From contig OX597815.1 of the NCBI GenBank assembly GCA_951406725.2, positions 73,098,001 to 73,162,000 of the forward strand: a stretch of 64,000 nt of DNA, in the 5' to 3' direction. The DNA comes from Octopus vulgaris. Its lineage: Eukaryota. Position 1 is the first letter of the stretch. The number at the start of each line of letters is the position of its first letter. Under the pieces are notes generated by a model that was not told the DNA's origin, made no database searches, and worked only from the letters and a program-made list of their open reading frames with translations. Below, one piece after another: positions 15,420-28,717 of the stretch. Both the position numbers and the translations under genes were made by a program.

Positions 15420-15660
15420 TTCGTTGCCCGGCATGCTAATGATTCTGCTAGACCGCCGCCTTAATAATAATCCTTTCTACTCTAGGCACAAGGCCCCAAA
15501 TTTTGGGGAAGGGCTCTAGTCGATTGCGTAGGCCTCAGTGTTTCACTGGTACTTAATTTATGCAAATGAGTTCGTTACTGGGGTCCGGAATTCTCATGGG
15601 AAAAAAGATTTCGTTGCCCGGCATGCTAATGATTCTGCCAGCTAGCCGCATTGCCGCCTT
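15420..15660 (-). mobile_element. SINE family B fragments (rearranged, head duplicated)
   Basis: 'ttcgttgcccggcatgctaatgattctgc' occurs twice, plus the tail 'ctactctaggcacaaggcc'. Confidence 0.7.
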
Positions 15661-15825
<165 letters not shown>

Positions 15826-17149
15826 TAGAATGACGACGGCAGCAGCGACGACGACGACGAATTTGATGATAATGATGATGATGATGATGATGATTTCTGT
15901 TATTTGCTCCGGGGGCATCAGATGAGGGAGGCATTAAAAGGACAGTTTACAGTTTGTGTGCGGAGTTTACATAAAAAGATCAGAAGAAAGGTAGAGGAAG
16001 GAAGATGAGACAGAGTATACATATTATGCAAAATATGTGAATATATAGATGATGCAATCTTGCTGACACAGAACCTCCAATTAGGTCCAGTCAGTGAATC
16101 CCACAGATCCAGGACCAACCTGACTACCAAAGTCACAAGTCCTTCCCCAGCCGTTGTTCTTCAGTGACAGAGAGAGGGAAGGAAAAAAATGGAGAAACAC
16201 AGACAGAAAAACAGACAGAGCAAAAAGGGAACAGGGGATATAGAGAGAAAGGGATATATATATGTGTGCCTTATTTAATTTGTTTTTGCGGGAGCAACAG
16301 TTTTATCGGAAGCGTATATTGTTGTTAAATGCTCGAAATACGAGACTAGAAAAACAGCCAACAACTGATGAAGGGTCGTTCTTTATGTTGTTTGTTTTGT
16401 CTTCTATTTGTGTCTTTCGTTGTTCGAAAAAATAGTTCATGTTCCATGTACTCGTGCTTCGAACTTTTTTTGTTATACACGCTTCGTGACGTCCTGTGCC
16501 CACATATGCACATTTATATATACGTATAGATGTAAGTATGCACATATACGTATGGATATATGCATATATACATTATTTATATTATCATATGATTGAACGC
16601 CACGCATCCTCTTCCAAGTAAGTTTTATCCTAATAATTCTGATGCGCACTCTATACGATCTTTTTACTCTTTCGTGTTTCTCTCTCTTATTCTTTTACCT
16701 CCCCTTCTCCCACTATTCTATCCTATTACTCTGTCACTCTCATTCTCTCCCTCACTCCTCTTCCCTTGCTCACGTGGCTCCCACGTAACCATCGGCCATT
16801 TTTCTTTCTTTCTCTCCGTTGTAGCTGGAACAAGGAAGACGTGGTCTTGTTTGTCTCCTGTCCTAGCTTGATTTACGCGTTCGCCACCACAACCTCGTTT
16901 AGGCTTAGCACTTTCTTCTCCAAGCGGAGCTTAAGAAAGTCGATGAGCGCTTAACCGATGAAGAACGTGCCTGCCCTCAAATCCTGTCAACCTATCCACC
17001 ACACAACCTCTTTCGCCATCGCCACTAGATAACTGAATACCACCTAGTCATAACCTCGTTCCATTGCTCATCCACCTGGAGGTCCAGACTAAACCAGACC
17101 CTGAGCAATTTAACCGGTCTGTCTGTCCATTGACCTAAAAGAACAACTG

Positions 17150-17468
17150 GTACTCTGTCGGTTACGACGACGAGGGTCCCAGTTGATCCCATCAACAGAA
17201 CAGCACGCTCGTGAAATTAACGTACAAAGTGGCTGAGCACTTCACAGACACGTGTACCATTAATGTAGTTCTCAGGGGAGATTCAGCATGACACAGGATG
17301 TGACAAGGCTGGTCCTTTGAAACACAGGTACTACTCATTTTTGCCAGCTGAATGGACTGGAGCAACGAGAATTAAGCATCTCGCACAAGGACGCAACACG
17401 CCGCTGGGCATCGAACTCACGACTTTACGATCGTGAGCCGAATACTTCTAACCACTAAGCCATGCGCC
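17150..17468 (-). mobile_element. SINE family C (tRNA-derived)
   Basis: Reverse complement begins 'aggcgcatggcttagtggttagaag..tcggctcacgatcgtaaagtcgtgagttcgat', like the copies at 22898 and 50507. Confidence 0.75.
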
Positions 17469-17469
17469 T

Positions 17470-18020
17470 TTTCCATCGGCCTATTATGCTGTTCGATGAC
17501 ATAGACTTACTTGCCTCTCCAGGTATCGTGTCCGAATGTATCTTGCTCCTGCTGTCACCTAGAATTTCTTTACGATAGAACTGAAGACTTGCAATGGTGT
17601 TTAACACCATTGAAGTAATGTAATCCGCATACGCCGACACAGCTCTCTCGCATCCCAGCTCGAAAGGGATGCCGCTCAAGACTTGTAACTTTCGCAGCAA
17701 TGGCTCGAGAGCCAGGACGTGTAGAAGAGATGAGAGAAGACACCCCTGATAGACTGGGTGCACGATATGAAACAGTTTTGAGAGGTCACAGCTTACTTTG
17801 ACCATCGAGAAAGCACCGCTGTGCCTTACTGTGATCCAGCCTCTCATAAATGTTTTCAAAATCGGCTGCTTCTATGACTGAGGACAAGCAGCGATGTTCG
17901 ATTTTATTTAAAGCTTTCGGCTAATCGAAATTGATCAGGGCTCTTCACCAACGCCTGATTTGCGACCCGCTCCCCCTACAATGTATCATATGAGGTGGAG
18001 GTTGTCGTAGATAGGGAAGA
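17470..18020 (-). mobile_element. L1/Tx1-like non-LTR retrotransposon, RT fragment
   Basis: IYDNLHLI, VYQGCLLSSLLHVLALEPLLRKL, AYADYIT (YADD-like); homologous to 43830-45720. Confidence 0.85.
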
Positions 18021-18491
18021 AGCAAGGGGAATTCATTTTCATAAGTTCCACGTACGTTATTGTTCTTGATGTTGTTGTTACTGCTGCTGCTGTTGCTGTT
18101 GTTGTTGTTGTTGTTTTTACTGCTGCTGCTGCTGCTGCTACTACTACAGCAGTCACTGTCTTGTTCAACTTGGCTGTTCTGTCTTGCGGATATCCCGCTG
18201 TTCTTTTCAGCAGGCGGTCGGTTTTCGTTCGCCATCTTTGATTTTAGCGAGAAAAAAAGGACGTTTTAACCCAAAGAAATTCCAAAATAGCCCCCAAGGG
18301 CTATAAATGAGAAAGAATTAACCAATTCCCCAGGGTCTTGGTTTGTTTAAATAAGTAACAATAACAAATGTACAATGTAAAACACTGTATAACAATATGA
18401 ATAATAGTAAAATGTACGCAGCGAAGTGCGACAGGAGTCGATAGACGAACAACGACTACAACAACAACAATTATCATCATCATCATCATCA

Positions 18492-18597
<106 letters not shown>

Positions 18598-18619
18598 CGG
18601 ACATAAACCTGAAGGCATC

Positions 18620-19120
18620 GGTGGTATGAATAGAAACCCGAAGGAATCATCGAAAATGATACTGCAAAGATCCTATGGGATTTTATGATTCAGTGCGACT
18701 ATGAGATAGAAACCAAACATGGTATTAAGTGAGAAAGAAAGCAAACGATGCTGGATCATAGATATAACATGCCCAACTAACAACGAGTATGCGATAAGGA
18801 CGAAAGAAAAGTCGATAGATGATACAGGTTAGCTTGGGATGTTAAGCAGTTGTGGTCGCTGAAAAATGTGGTAGTAGTACCAATAATTGTCGGAGCCCTG
18901 GGAACAGTGAGCAAAAATTTTGAGAAGTACACGGAACAAATAGGTGCTGCAATAAGGGTGGAACACTTGCAGAAAACAGTACTGCTTGGAACCGCTCAAA
19001 TACTCCGGGTGGTGCTCGAAAAATAAGGGGTGCAAACTTAGTTTACTGGTAGTGAACAGCTGACACTGTAGTACAGCTTCAGCGTAAGAAGCTGTGCAAA
19101 GACAATAAAATAATAATAAT
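18620..19120 (+). mobile_element. Dong/R4-like LINE, RLE 3' fragment with short 3' UTR and TAA-rich tail
   Basis: KILWDFMIQCD..KPNMV..CWIIDITCP..VVVVPIIVGALGTVSK..LQKTVLLGTAQILRVVL*; ends in 'aataaaataataataat'. Confidence 0.85.
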
Positions 19121-19340
19121 ACTTTCTACAATAGGCACAAAGCCTGAAATTGGCGGGAAGAGGGATTACTCAATTTCATCGAACCAGTGTTTCACTGGTA
19201 ATTAATCCATCGATCCTTGGAAGGATGAAAGACAAAGTTGACCTCGGCGGAATTTGAACTTAGAATGTAAAGACGGACGAACTATCGCTAAGCATGTTGC
19301 TCGGCGTGCTAACGATTCTGCCAGCTCGCTCCGCCTTTTA
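19120..19340 (-). mobile_element. SINE family B, near full-length
   Basis: Reverse complement of the family consensus from 'ggcggagcgagctggcagaatcgttagc' to 'tgtgcctattgtagaaag'. Confidence 0.85.
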
Positions 19341-19949
19341 TACTACAGCAATAACAACAACAGGAACAATCAAAACAGCGATAGTGAAACTTCAATCGAA
19401 CGATAAGTTACAAGAGAAATCTACTTTAATATTGAAACGTCAATAATAATCAACGAAATAAGAACAACTGAAACACCAGATGAAAAACAAAACAGATAAA
19501 AAAACAATACTAACAAAGAAATAAGTCAAACAACAAAGAAACAAAGAAAATAACTTTAAAAAAAAAGACGACTGTAATAACAATAACAAGAACAATAAGC
19601 AACAAACAAGGAACTGAAATAAGAGCTGTAATAACACAAACCACATATATGAACGAAAGAAATAACAACAGTAATAACAACATATACAAGAATAATTACA
19701 ACACAGAAAGTAACAACTACAATAACAACAATACAGACAACGGACAACAATAACAACAACATCATCATCATCAGCAGCAGCAGCAGCAATAGCGGCAGCA
19801 GCGATTATAAGAACAGCACAAAACGATGAAAAAAAAAAATCTGTTTTTGTTGTATATAAGAGACTTCAATAAGAATTAAATATTCTCTTTCTGAAAGATA
19901 AATAGAAAAAGAAGAAAAAAAAATTAATAAACAGTCATAAAAATGAGAG

Positions 19950-20317
19950 AGATGCTACTAATACTACTACTACGACGACGACGAGAACGACGAAGATCAC
20001 CACCACCACTACCACCACCACCACCACCACCACCACCACTACCACCACCACCACCACCACCACCACTACCACTACCACCACCACTATCACCACCACCACT
20101 ACCACTACCACCACCACCACCACCACTACCACCACCACCACCACCACCACCACCACTACCACAACCACCACCACCACCACTACCACTACCACCACCACTA
20201 TCACCACCACCACCACTATCACCACCACCACCACCACCACCACCACTACCACCACCACCACCACCACCACCACCACCGCCGCTACCGCCGCCGCCACAAC
20301 TGCTGCTGCTGCTGCTG

Positions 20318-20380
<63 letters not shown>

Positions 20381-20443
20381 TTGTTGTTGCAGTTGCAGCT
20401 GCTACTGTTATTGCCGTTGCTGCTACGGCTGCTGCTGCTGCAT

Positions 20444-20486
<43 letters not shown>

Positions 20487-20675
20487 CACCACCACCACCA
20501 CCACTACTACTGCTACTACTGGTGCTGCTACTTCTGATGAAGATGATGATGATGAAGAGGAGGAGGGGGAGGAGGAGGAAGCGGAGGGGGAGGAAGCGGA
20601 AGAGGGGGAGTAGGAATGGGTAACGATGATAGTGATGAAGAAGATGACGATGACAACAACGACGACGGTGATGAT
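19950..20675. repeat. Compound (CCA)/(CTA)/(CTG)/(GAG) trinucleotide block
   Basis: Directly visible. Confidence 0.95.
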
Positions 20676-21229
20676 TTCATTCCAGAGACGTAAGACTTTG
20701 CGAAAAGCCATGATTTCGTAAGTGCCAACTGTAGCAATATGTGAAATGTCTCTTGACAGGTGATCATCTATCGTAAAAGTAACAGAGATGTAATTCTCTA
20801 GAATTGCCTCTGAATAATCTTTGTCTGAGCTGAATTGTTCGATCTTCGTTCCTCCGTTGGGTTGTATGAGGTTTTGTGACCTGTCGGCACACATCTCTCA
20901 CTGCAACAGCCTATCAAGCCAAGCGTTGATTATCTCTGTACATGGCTATCCAACTTACTAGAGATAGCCACTAAATATCCCTCAAATTATGCACGATCGT
21001 CTTTAAAATAGAACAAATGGATAATGTGTACACACTTGTGTTTGTGACGTGTGTGTGTGTGTGTGTGTGTTCATATTTATTAATCGCGAAGCTTTGGGTT
21101 GTGAACATCCCGTCTTAATGTGATTTAAAGGAGATTGGCTGCTATTTCTAGCATGTTGAATTACCATGTTGAAATTGTCTCACTGGTTCGTATGTATGAA
21201 TGTATTAGGTTTGACTTCATTATCACTAC

Positions 21230-21278
<49 letters not shown>

Positions 21279-21981
21279 TACATACATACATACATACATA
21301 CATACATACATACATACATACATGTGTGTGTGTGTGTGTGTGTGTGCACTAGCTGAATAGCCCGTCGTTGCCAGGCAATTTTTACTATTGAATATCTTAT
21401 ATAAATTTTTTATTTATTCCTTGTCAGAGCATGCCTTCCCCGACAGAGGCCTCTTAAGCAGGACAGATTTATGCAATTTTTCGCCAAAAATCTTCGTTGA
21501 GGATTTTTTTTCCTGCTTCAATTATTTACATGTCTGTTCGACCGTTTCACATAATTTTATTCTTTAAAACTTCAGATGTTCTCACAACTTTGGTCGTCAT
21601 AATGCTTTGCTTTCGTTTGTTTAATAAAACTTCCTCCTCCTAATGATTTTGCTTTCATTTTGTGAGAGACAGCTATCATGCAGAAAATGTCAGCTTCCCA
21701 ATTCTGTTTTCTGATTTGGTGAAATTGATTAAACTTTAAACATCAGGAACATTTTTCTGCAACTTTTCTGGAACAAATAAATAACAAAGTAGGATTTAAC
21801 GTGGAAAATTATTTCAATATACCAAATTTGGAAATGACGAAATTTTAAAATCACACAATATGTGACAGCAACAGGGAAGACTCTATAAAAGTAGAGAAAC
21901 AGACAGACACACACATTTACAAAGGTAAATCAGGTAATCACGAGTTTAAAATGACGTGTACTAGTCATATGTATGTATGTG

Positions 21982-22013
<32 letters not shown>

Positions 22014-22158
22014 TGTATGTATGTATGTATGTATGTATGTATGCATGCATGTATGTGGTTGTGTGCGTGTGAGTCTGTGTGTGAGTGTTTCTTTGCGATT
22101 GACAGCAGAAAAGCCACCTACCCCTCTCTCCTTAAAGCTAAGAATTCCTTAAACCCAC

Positions 22159-22211
<53 letters not shown>

Positions 22212-22504
22212 TGTGCGTTGCATATGACAGCTGTATTAACGTTAACATCCCATTGCTACTGCTATTCTCACCTTCACTGATATAAGCCACCCTCTCTCTG
22301 TTGCTACTTTTCTCTCCGACTAATACTTTTTGCAACCTTCTCATTTTATCATACAATTAGCCCAAAGGGGCACATTACAGATTTTTATTGAAATCTAATT
22401 AGCCTATTATTGAAATGGATGTTAGTGTCACATGTATGCGAAGTACGTGAATATTGGTTAGCTGGTTTAGGCACTAAGATGGTAACAGACAGACATAAAT
22501 TGCC

Positions 22505-22582
<78 letters not shown>

Positions 22583-22790
22583 AAATGTAATCGCACGTGG
22601 ACTGTTTGCGATTTTTCCTCATTCTTCCTTCTTATTGGACTTTCTTGATTTTTCTGTTTCCGACGAAGAGCTATGTTCGAAACGTAAAGCGACAACTCTC
22701 TTTCACCGAGCGTGATATTAATACATTACTTGTGCTACATCCTCCCATTTGCTTGTTTTTTCTTTTTCTTCTTTTTTTCTTGTGTTTTTT
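22583..22790 (+). mobile_element. Short Penelope-type pLTR-like element with a mutated minimal hammerhead motif (22656-22690)
   Basis: gttt-CCGACGA-a-GAGC tat GTTC-GAAAC-GTA-aagc; same family as 47586-47748 and 51587-51766; flanked by microsatellites. Confidence 0.6.
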
Positions 22791-22794
22791 TAAA

Positions 22795-22859
<65 letters not shown>

Positions 22860-22897
22860 GCATACATACACACACATATATATACATACAACATACG

Positions 22898-23245
22898 TGC
22901 ATGGCTCAGTGGTTAGAGCGTCGAGCTTACGATCGTGAGGTTGTGCGGTTGTGAGCTCGAATCCCGGACCGGGCTGCGTGTTGTGTTCTTGAGCAAGGCA
23001 CTTTATTTCACGTTGCTCCAGTTCACTCAGCTGTAGAAATGAGTTGCGACGTCACAGGTGCCAAGCTGTATCGGCCCCTTTGCCTTTCCCTTGGATAACA
23101 CTGGTGGCGTGGAGAGGGGAGGCTGGTATGCATGGGCGACTGCTGGTCTTCCATAAACCACCTTGCCCAGACTTGTGACTAGGAGGGTAACTTTCTAGGT
23201 GCAATCCCATGGTCATTCATGACCGAAGGGGGTCCTTACCTTTAC
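22898..23245 (+). mobile_element. SINE family C (tRNA-derived), full-length
   Basis: A box 'tggctcagtggttagagcg' and B box 'gagctcgaatccc', followed by 'gttcttgagcaaggcactttatttcacgttgctccagttcactcagctg', which is shared with 50507-50740. Confidence 0.85.
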
Positions 23246-23279
23246 CTATATATATACACACATACAATATACATATATA

Positions 23280-23725
23280 TACAGGGTTATTCAAAAAGTA
23301 AGAGACACAAATACATTCTACATATTCCTTTATAGGGGAAGGTTTAAAGTTTATAGCTGAACATGTTCAATTGAATTAAGCCTTAAATAAAATAATATTT
23401 TAATTTTGTTTTAATGTTTCATTTTGTTCATTTTATTTAAAGCTGTATAATTTTGATTTGTGTAATCCCTTAGAAAATGGCGACGCTACAAGAAAAGTCT
23501 TTTTGTGTGCTGCAGTTTGAGAAATGCAAATCAATTGTGCAAGTGGAACGTGAATTTCGCCGCCAATTCAATAAAAATCCACCACGTCACAAGCAAATTT
23601 ACGAATGGCATAAAAATTGTTTGTCGAGCAACATATGGTGCTCATGTTGAGTGCATACTATCTTAAAATAAAATTTAAATCTTCCCTTATCAAGAATTAT
23701 GTAGAATGTGTTTGTGTCTCTTAAC
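23280..23725 (+). mobile_element. Internally deleted Tc1/mariner-superfamily element with N-terminal transposase remnant
   Basis: TA+CAGGG start; ~55-bp inverted repeats (23298-23353 vs 23672-23722). ATG at 23477 opens MATLQEKSFCVLQFEKCKSIVQVEREFRRQFNKNPPRHKQIYEWHK, an HTH-like transposase N-terminus. Confidence 0.8.
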
Positions 23726-23964
23726 ATTTGTTTTATATATATAGTAATGTTTGTTGTCCCTTCAGCGTGGCTGTTCTATACAGAACTATGTTACGGCATT
23801 TGAGCCCCAGGAAAACATCTTTTCCGGTTGGTTAATGACACACAACCTGTCTGATATATTGCGAGTAGGAGAGCGAACCACACCTCTCCAGTGTGGCAAG
23901 ACCAGTAAGCCAGACTGCTTTCTGGGTGCCTACCCGCCCTCAGTACTGGACTCCTGCCTGCTAG

Positions 23965-24015
<51 letters not shown>

Positions 24016-24017
<2 letters not shown>

Positions 24018-24378
24018 CAAGAGTTAAGGAATGAAGTAGATAAAATCTGGGTTACATATGTTTCGCAGCGAGTGGAACCTCAGAAGTGGTAAATATCCAA
24101 CCGAGGTGTACAATGCAGGCTACTCTTCAGGCCAAATGTATCTTGATTAAATGAAATTTACATTGTCGTTATATTCTCCACTCAAATTGTGCTCTCAACG
24201 CATTCTGGTCGAATCCTCCGTGTGTTAACATGGGCCTTCTGACGACAATATAAACTTCCTATACTCAAGATATCCTTGGCCTGAAGAGTAGCCTGTGGTA
24301 TACACCCCTCTTGGATATTTACCACTCCCGAAGCATATGTAGTCCGGCTCTTATCTACTTCATTCTTTAACTTTTGTA
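24016..24378. mobile_element. Inverted pair of Penelope-type pLTR segments, each with a hammerhead-like core
   Basis: 24016-24148 is the diverged reverse complement of 24263-24378. Core is CTGAAGA..GAAAC-ATAT-GTA; adjacent to (TA)n and upstream of a GIY-YIG remnant. Confidence 0.7.
24048..24135 (-). ncRNA. Type I hammerhead-like motif with a ~50-nt insertion in loop II
   Basis: Minus strand: tggc-CTGAAGA-GTAGC[~50 nt]GCTGC-GAAAC-atat-GTA-accc; helix III is palindromic (ACATATGT); helix I is partly mismatched. Confidence 0.5.
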
Positions 24379-24469
24379 TTTTTATTCGTATATCTGGCAG
24401 CCCTGGTTACCTACCGTGAAATAGAAAATAATTTTTTCAAGCTTATCGTACTTCGATACGGAAAAATCC

Positions 24470-25330
24470 AGACCTTCCCACCCCAATAAATCACAATTGT
24501 TCCTAAAAGTTTTTTTTTAAATATATTTTCTACGGATTGCTTGAAGCTCACTTTCTTCCTACACTTGGAACCTTAACAACTTGTTCAGGTGCATCAGCTT
24601 TAGACAAATGTTTCCTTAAATCTAACAGATACCATGCTATTTTTGATAGACACACCGTGAAGTTATCTTACGCTAACTCTATTAATTTAGAGCAGCATAT
24701 GCGCACGCACTGAATAAACTATAGTAATATGAAACAACAGTTCAGTAACTCACCTACAGGAACTAGCAAACATATGCATCAAAGCACCAACAAAGGAGAT
24801 GTAAACAGCAATGAAAAGCACCAGATACGGCCAAATCATGATAGTAGAAATGATTGTAATATAGCTAGCACGGTAACAACGTCGGAAAATTAAGTCAGCA
24901 CCATCATATATAAAAATAAATATGTTAAATGCTCATGCAGAGAAAAATCAAAATGCTCATTGATGTATCTCTGTATGAATTCAAATCTTGTATATAAATG
25001 TACCATGAAAACACGAGGAGGGCCGTGTATTTACATTGGGGCAACAGCTGATTCGTTCAAAAATCGTTATCGCAATCATGTCACCAACTTCAAGAAAATC
25101 AATAAGAGACATTCAACATCTCTGGCCAATTGTGTGTGGTGACTTAAGGAAGATTAAATTAAATATAACATAACTTGCTCCATAGTTAGGTACGCAAAAA
25201 CTATATAATATCTTTTCTGAGATATGCCGATCTGCTCCGAGAAATCCTCGTCTATTCTGTAGACCTATGAAAAGATCATTATAGGATTTCCGAAAGACTT
25301 TCAAGATGCTTACATGCATATAAATGAACT
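24470..25330 (+). mobile_element. Degenerate Penelope-like element, linker + GIY-YIG endonuclease remnant
   Basis: RYHAIFDRHTVKLSY, then CSCREKSKC..C.NSNLVYKC..IYIGATADSFKNRYRNH..F..STSLANCVW*LK (VY..YIG..R..H GIY-YIG pattern). Confidence 0.85.
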
Positions 25331-26029
25331 TTCGCACAATGCAGTGGGAATGTCTTTGAGTAGCTGTTAACGTAATCCACCTTAAGGTATGGATGAATAA
25401 AATTTAGCTTTGACCTCCCCTTTTTTATAAACACCAAGTAGCTATCTAACTCGTTATGTGAACGTATGTGCGCTAAACCACACGTGTACGTATGCTTACC
25501 TCATCGTGACTGTTTGTATGAGCATGTGTACGTGCGTCATACAAGCTACGTGAGGGCGTTTATACATCCATATCCGTTAACGGTCATTTTTAATACTTTT
25601 ATTCGCTGTACTGTGTGCTGGTTTCTTTTTTGCATCTACTATTTTATTATTGATCTTCTATATAAGTAAAGCTATATCGTTTAATTTGCTGCTTTTCTTC
25701 ACATGAACTGAGAATATACATTACGAAAGTGTTATTTTAATGAGTTGTATCTGTTTATCACCCGAAGAGACACATCTGCACCATCGAATGCTCCTGAGCA
25801 GTTGTTCAGTATCCCATCCGTGAGAGATCACATCGATGCTAGATGTGTCGAAACAATTATCGTGATTATTAAAAACTCTCGTATCTTCTATCTTCCGTCT
25901 CTCATTAACCAGATACATAACGAACACTGTGAAAGTGACCGTATTTTACCAGTAAGCTACCATAAACCATTCGTTTTATGATCTAGTATCTAATATATAT
26001 ATATATTCTCTTTTACTCTTTTTTTTTAC

Positions 26030-26370
26030 TCTTATTTGTTTCAGTCATTCGACTGCGACCGCTGCTTTTAGTCGAACAAATCGACCCCCAGAACTTATTC
26101 TTTGTAAGCCAAGTACTTATTCTATCGTTCTCTTTTGGCGAACCGCTAAGTTACGGGAACATAAACGCACCAGCATCGGTTGTCAAGCGATGGAGGGGAG
26201 ACAAACACAGACACAGGCACACACATATATACGACTGGCTTCTTACAGTTTCCGTCTACCAAATCTATTTACAAGGCTTTGGTCGACCTGGGGCTATAGT
26301 AGAAGGCACTTGCCCAAGGTCCCACGCAGGGGGACCGAACCCGGAACCGTGTGGTTAGCAAGCAAGCTAC
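26030..26370 (-). mobile_element. SINE family A
   Basis: Reverse complement of the 30276-30700 copy (gcttgc..accacac.gttccgggttc, ccttgggcaagtg, gtagacggaaactg). Confidence 0.85.
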
Positions 26371-27769
26371 TTTATTTCATAAAATTTGTCATCATAGACA
26401 GTACAAAGAGTGTGTAGCTTTGCGGGCTGGACAAACACATTAATGAATGAAAATGAAATAGAATGAATAAATCAAAGACGAAATCCAACACCCGTCGATT
26501 AGATTTTTCTCGAAAACATTTTCTTTTTTTAAAAAATCAATCTGAGGTTTCAAACCTCTTACAAGAAGGAGGCACTAAAACCTCTTACTTAACATGTTTT
26601 TTTTAAAACACACAATTGAGGTTATAAACCATGACAAATAATACAATGAGATGAGGTTTCAAACCCTATAACGAAGGTCTTTCACCTCCTACTCTTCGAT
26701 ATATCCATCGATATATTCATCATTATCTTCAATGCCGACTTACATGAGTGAGGCATGGGAAATGGCGGGATACAGGGACTCAAGCGGCATATGTACGTTC
26801 GAGGGTGTGGGCGTGCGTTGTGTGCGTGTGTGCGTGCCTGCGTGCGTGTTAGTGTACGTGTGTGAGAGGGTGAGAGGAGTGAGGTGGAGTGTGGGTTCGT
26901 TGTCTGAAGAAGAGTGTGTGAATGGGTGGATGTAGCTGTGTGAGGGTGGTGGTGGTGTGTGCGTGTCTGTTGGTACGTGTGCTTAGACGGAGTAGGAATG
27001 TGTATATGTGTGTATATATGTGCAGATGTATGAGTATGTGTGTGTTTATGGGCGTGTGTGTGTATTACGTGCGTGTATATGCGTGTACGTTGTGTGAGGG
27101 TTATGTCTGGAGGTATGTGTGCGTTCGTGTATGCGTGTATATATATATATATACGTATATGTGTACGCATGCATGTGTATATATGTATGTATGTATATCT
27201 ATATGTATGTGTGTATGTATATATGTAAGTTTATATATGTACTTATAGATGTATGTTCGATATATAAATTTCCCAATGGCTGAGAAGATACTTATCGAAG
27301 TGTGCACATCTGTTGATGAAATCTGCTCTGAAAACATAATTAGATTAAATAGCAGGGATTTTCAAATTCATCAAGATAGGTTTTCTCTAGTGGCAACATA
27401 TCTAATTTATGACAGATATTTGTGTATGTTGTAACTATGTGTAGATGTGATTGTAAATATGGACATTGTTTTTTCAAAGAAACAAGTCGAGAGATAAAGA
27501 GAGTAGCACTCGTATACTGAATGTTCACTAGTGTACGAGCTCGCTGTGAGTGTGTGTGTGTTGCGTTTCAGATACGTTAATAAACGAACAAAAACTAAGC
27601 AGCCCAATTGTATTTGGAGGCTGAAGGGGTTCGATACAGAATTAAGACATCAAACGGAACATTCTAGAATAAAGAAGTAGGTCCTATATTAAAGGGCCAC
27701 GAAATGTCAGTTATTGAGCACATAGTCATGCACACTTTTCTGCAGACCCGGCACATGTTCTTTTGTTCT

Positions 27770-28115
27770 TTCACTTATTTCAGATTGCGGCCTTGCTGGA
27801 GCACCGCCTTTAGTCGAACAAATCGACCCCAGGACTTAATCTTTGTAAGCCTAGTACTTATTCTAGCGGTTTCTTTTGTCGAACCGCTAAATTAAGGGGA
27901 CGTAAATACACCAACATCGGTTGTTAAGCGATGGAGGGGGGACAAACACAGACACACAAATACATACATGCATATATACATATATATATTTATATATACG
28001 ACAGGCTTCTTTCAGTTTACGTTTTCCAAATCCACTCACAAGGTTTAGTCGTCTTGGGGCTATAGTGGAAGACATTTATCCAAGGCGCCACTGAACCCGG
28101 AACCAAGTGGTTGGG
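27770..28115 (-). mobile_element. SINE family A
   Basis: Same diagnostic blocks in reverse orientation, with an internal (TA)/(CA) tract. Confidence 0.85.
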
Positions 28116-28140
28116 AATTTTTTAAACATATATTTGTCTG

Positions 28141-28414
28141 GTTCTATATTTATGAGATGAGGAATTATGTGCATTATTTACATTATTTATAATTGATGGA
28201 TATTTGTCCTCACCATGTTTGTTGTTAAGAGCGTAGGCTACTAACCCCAACAACAACAACAACAACGATGAATACCTTAGGAATGAGAACCCATGTTCGA
28301 AATTTCCCCAAGACACCTGATGAAGGCTGCAGGGTATATCAGCCGAAACGTTGTGTTAACAACAAACAAGATGAGGACAAATATCCGTCAATTGTAAATA
28401 ATGTAAATAATGTA
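28141..28414 (+). mobile_element. Mini Penelope-type element: hammerhead-bearing segment with an inverted copy of its 3' part
   Basis: 28170-28228 is the reverse complement of 28356-28414; hammerhead at 28312-28357. Confidence 0.75.
28312..28357 (+). ncRNA. Minimal type I hammerhead ribozyme
   Basis: GACAC-CTGATGA-a-GGCTG[cagggtatat]CAGCC-GAAAC-GTT^GTGTT: intact core, 5-bp helix II, 5-bp helix I, palindromic AACGTT helix III. Confidence 0.75.
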
Positions 28415-28484
28415 TATATGTATAAGATCGAGCGGTACGTTATGATAGCGTGATGTCTACATATTAATATTACACATATAAAAT

Positions 28485-28700
28485 AAGGCGGCTAATTAGC
28501 AGAGTCGATAGCACACCGGGAAAAATGGTTGGCGGAATTTCGTCCGTCTTCACATTCTGAGTTCATATTCCGCCGAGGTCGACTTTGCTTTTCGGTGTCG
28601 ATAAAATAAGTACCAGTTGAGTACTGGAGTCGACGAAATCGACTAACTTCTTCCTCTGAAATTGCTGGCCTTGTGTCAAAATGCCAAAATTTTAAACCAA
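28485..28700 (+). mobile_element. SINE family B
   Basis: 'aaggcggctaattagcagagtcg...gagttcatattccgccgaggtcgactttgc...gtcgataaaataagtaccag'. Confidence 0.85.
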
Positions 28701-28717
28701 TATTACACATATAAAAT

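Noticed and set aside
16300-16420. 'caactgatgaaggg' hammerhead-like start (similar at ~59570 on + and ~39665 on -)
   Set aside because: No correctly placed GAAA or cleavage triplet after the putative helix II; at most decayed pLTR-like repeats.
21348-21880. Possible Helitron-like end ('actagctgaatagcccgtcgttgcc') and degenerate coding sequence
   Set aside because: No recognisable Rep/helicase motif or matching other end; cannot be supported by eye.
22898-22980. tRNA gene
   Set aside because: A/B boxes are present but there is no proper acceptor stem, and it continues into a body shared with other copies, so it is a SINE head.
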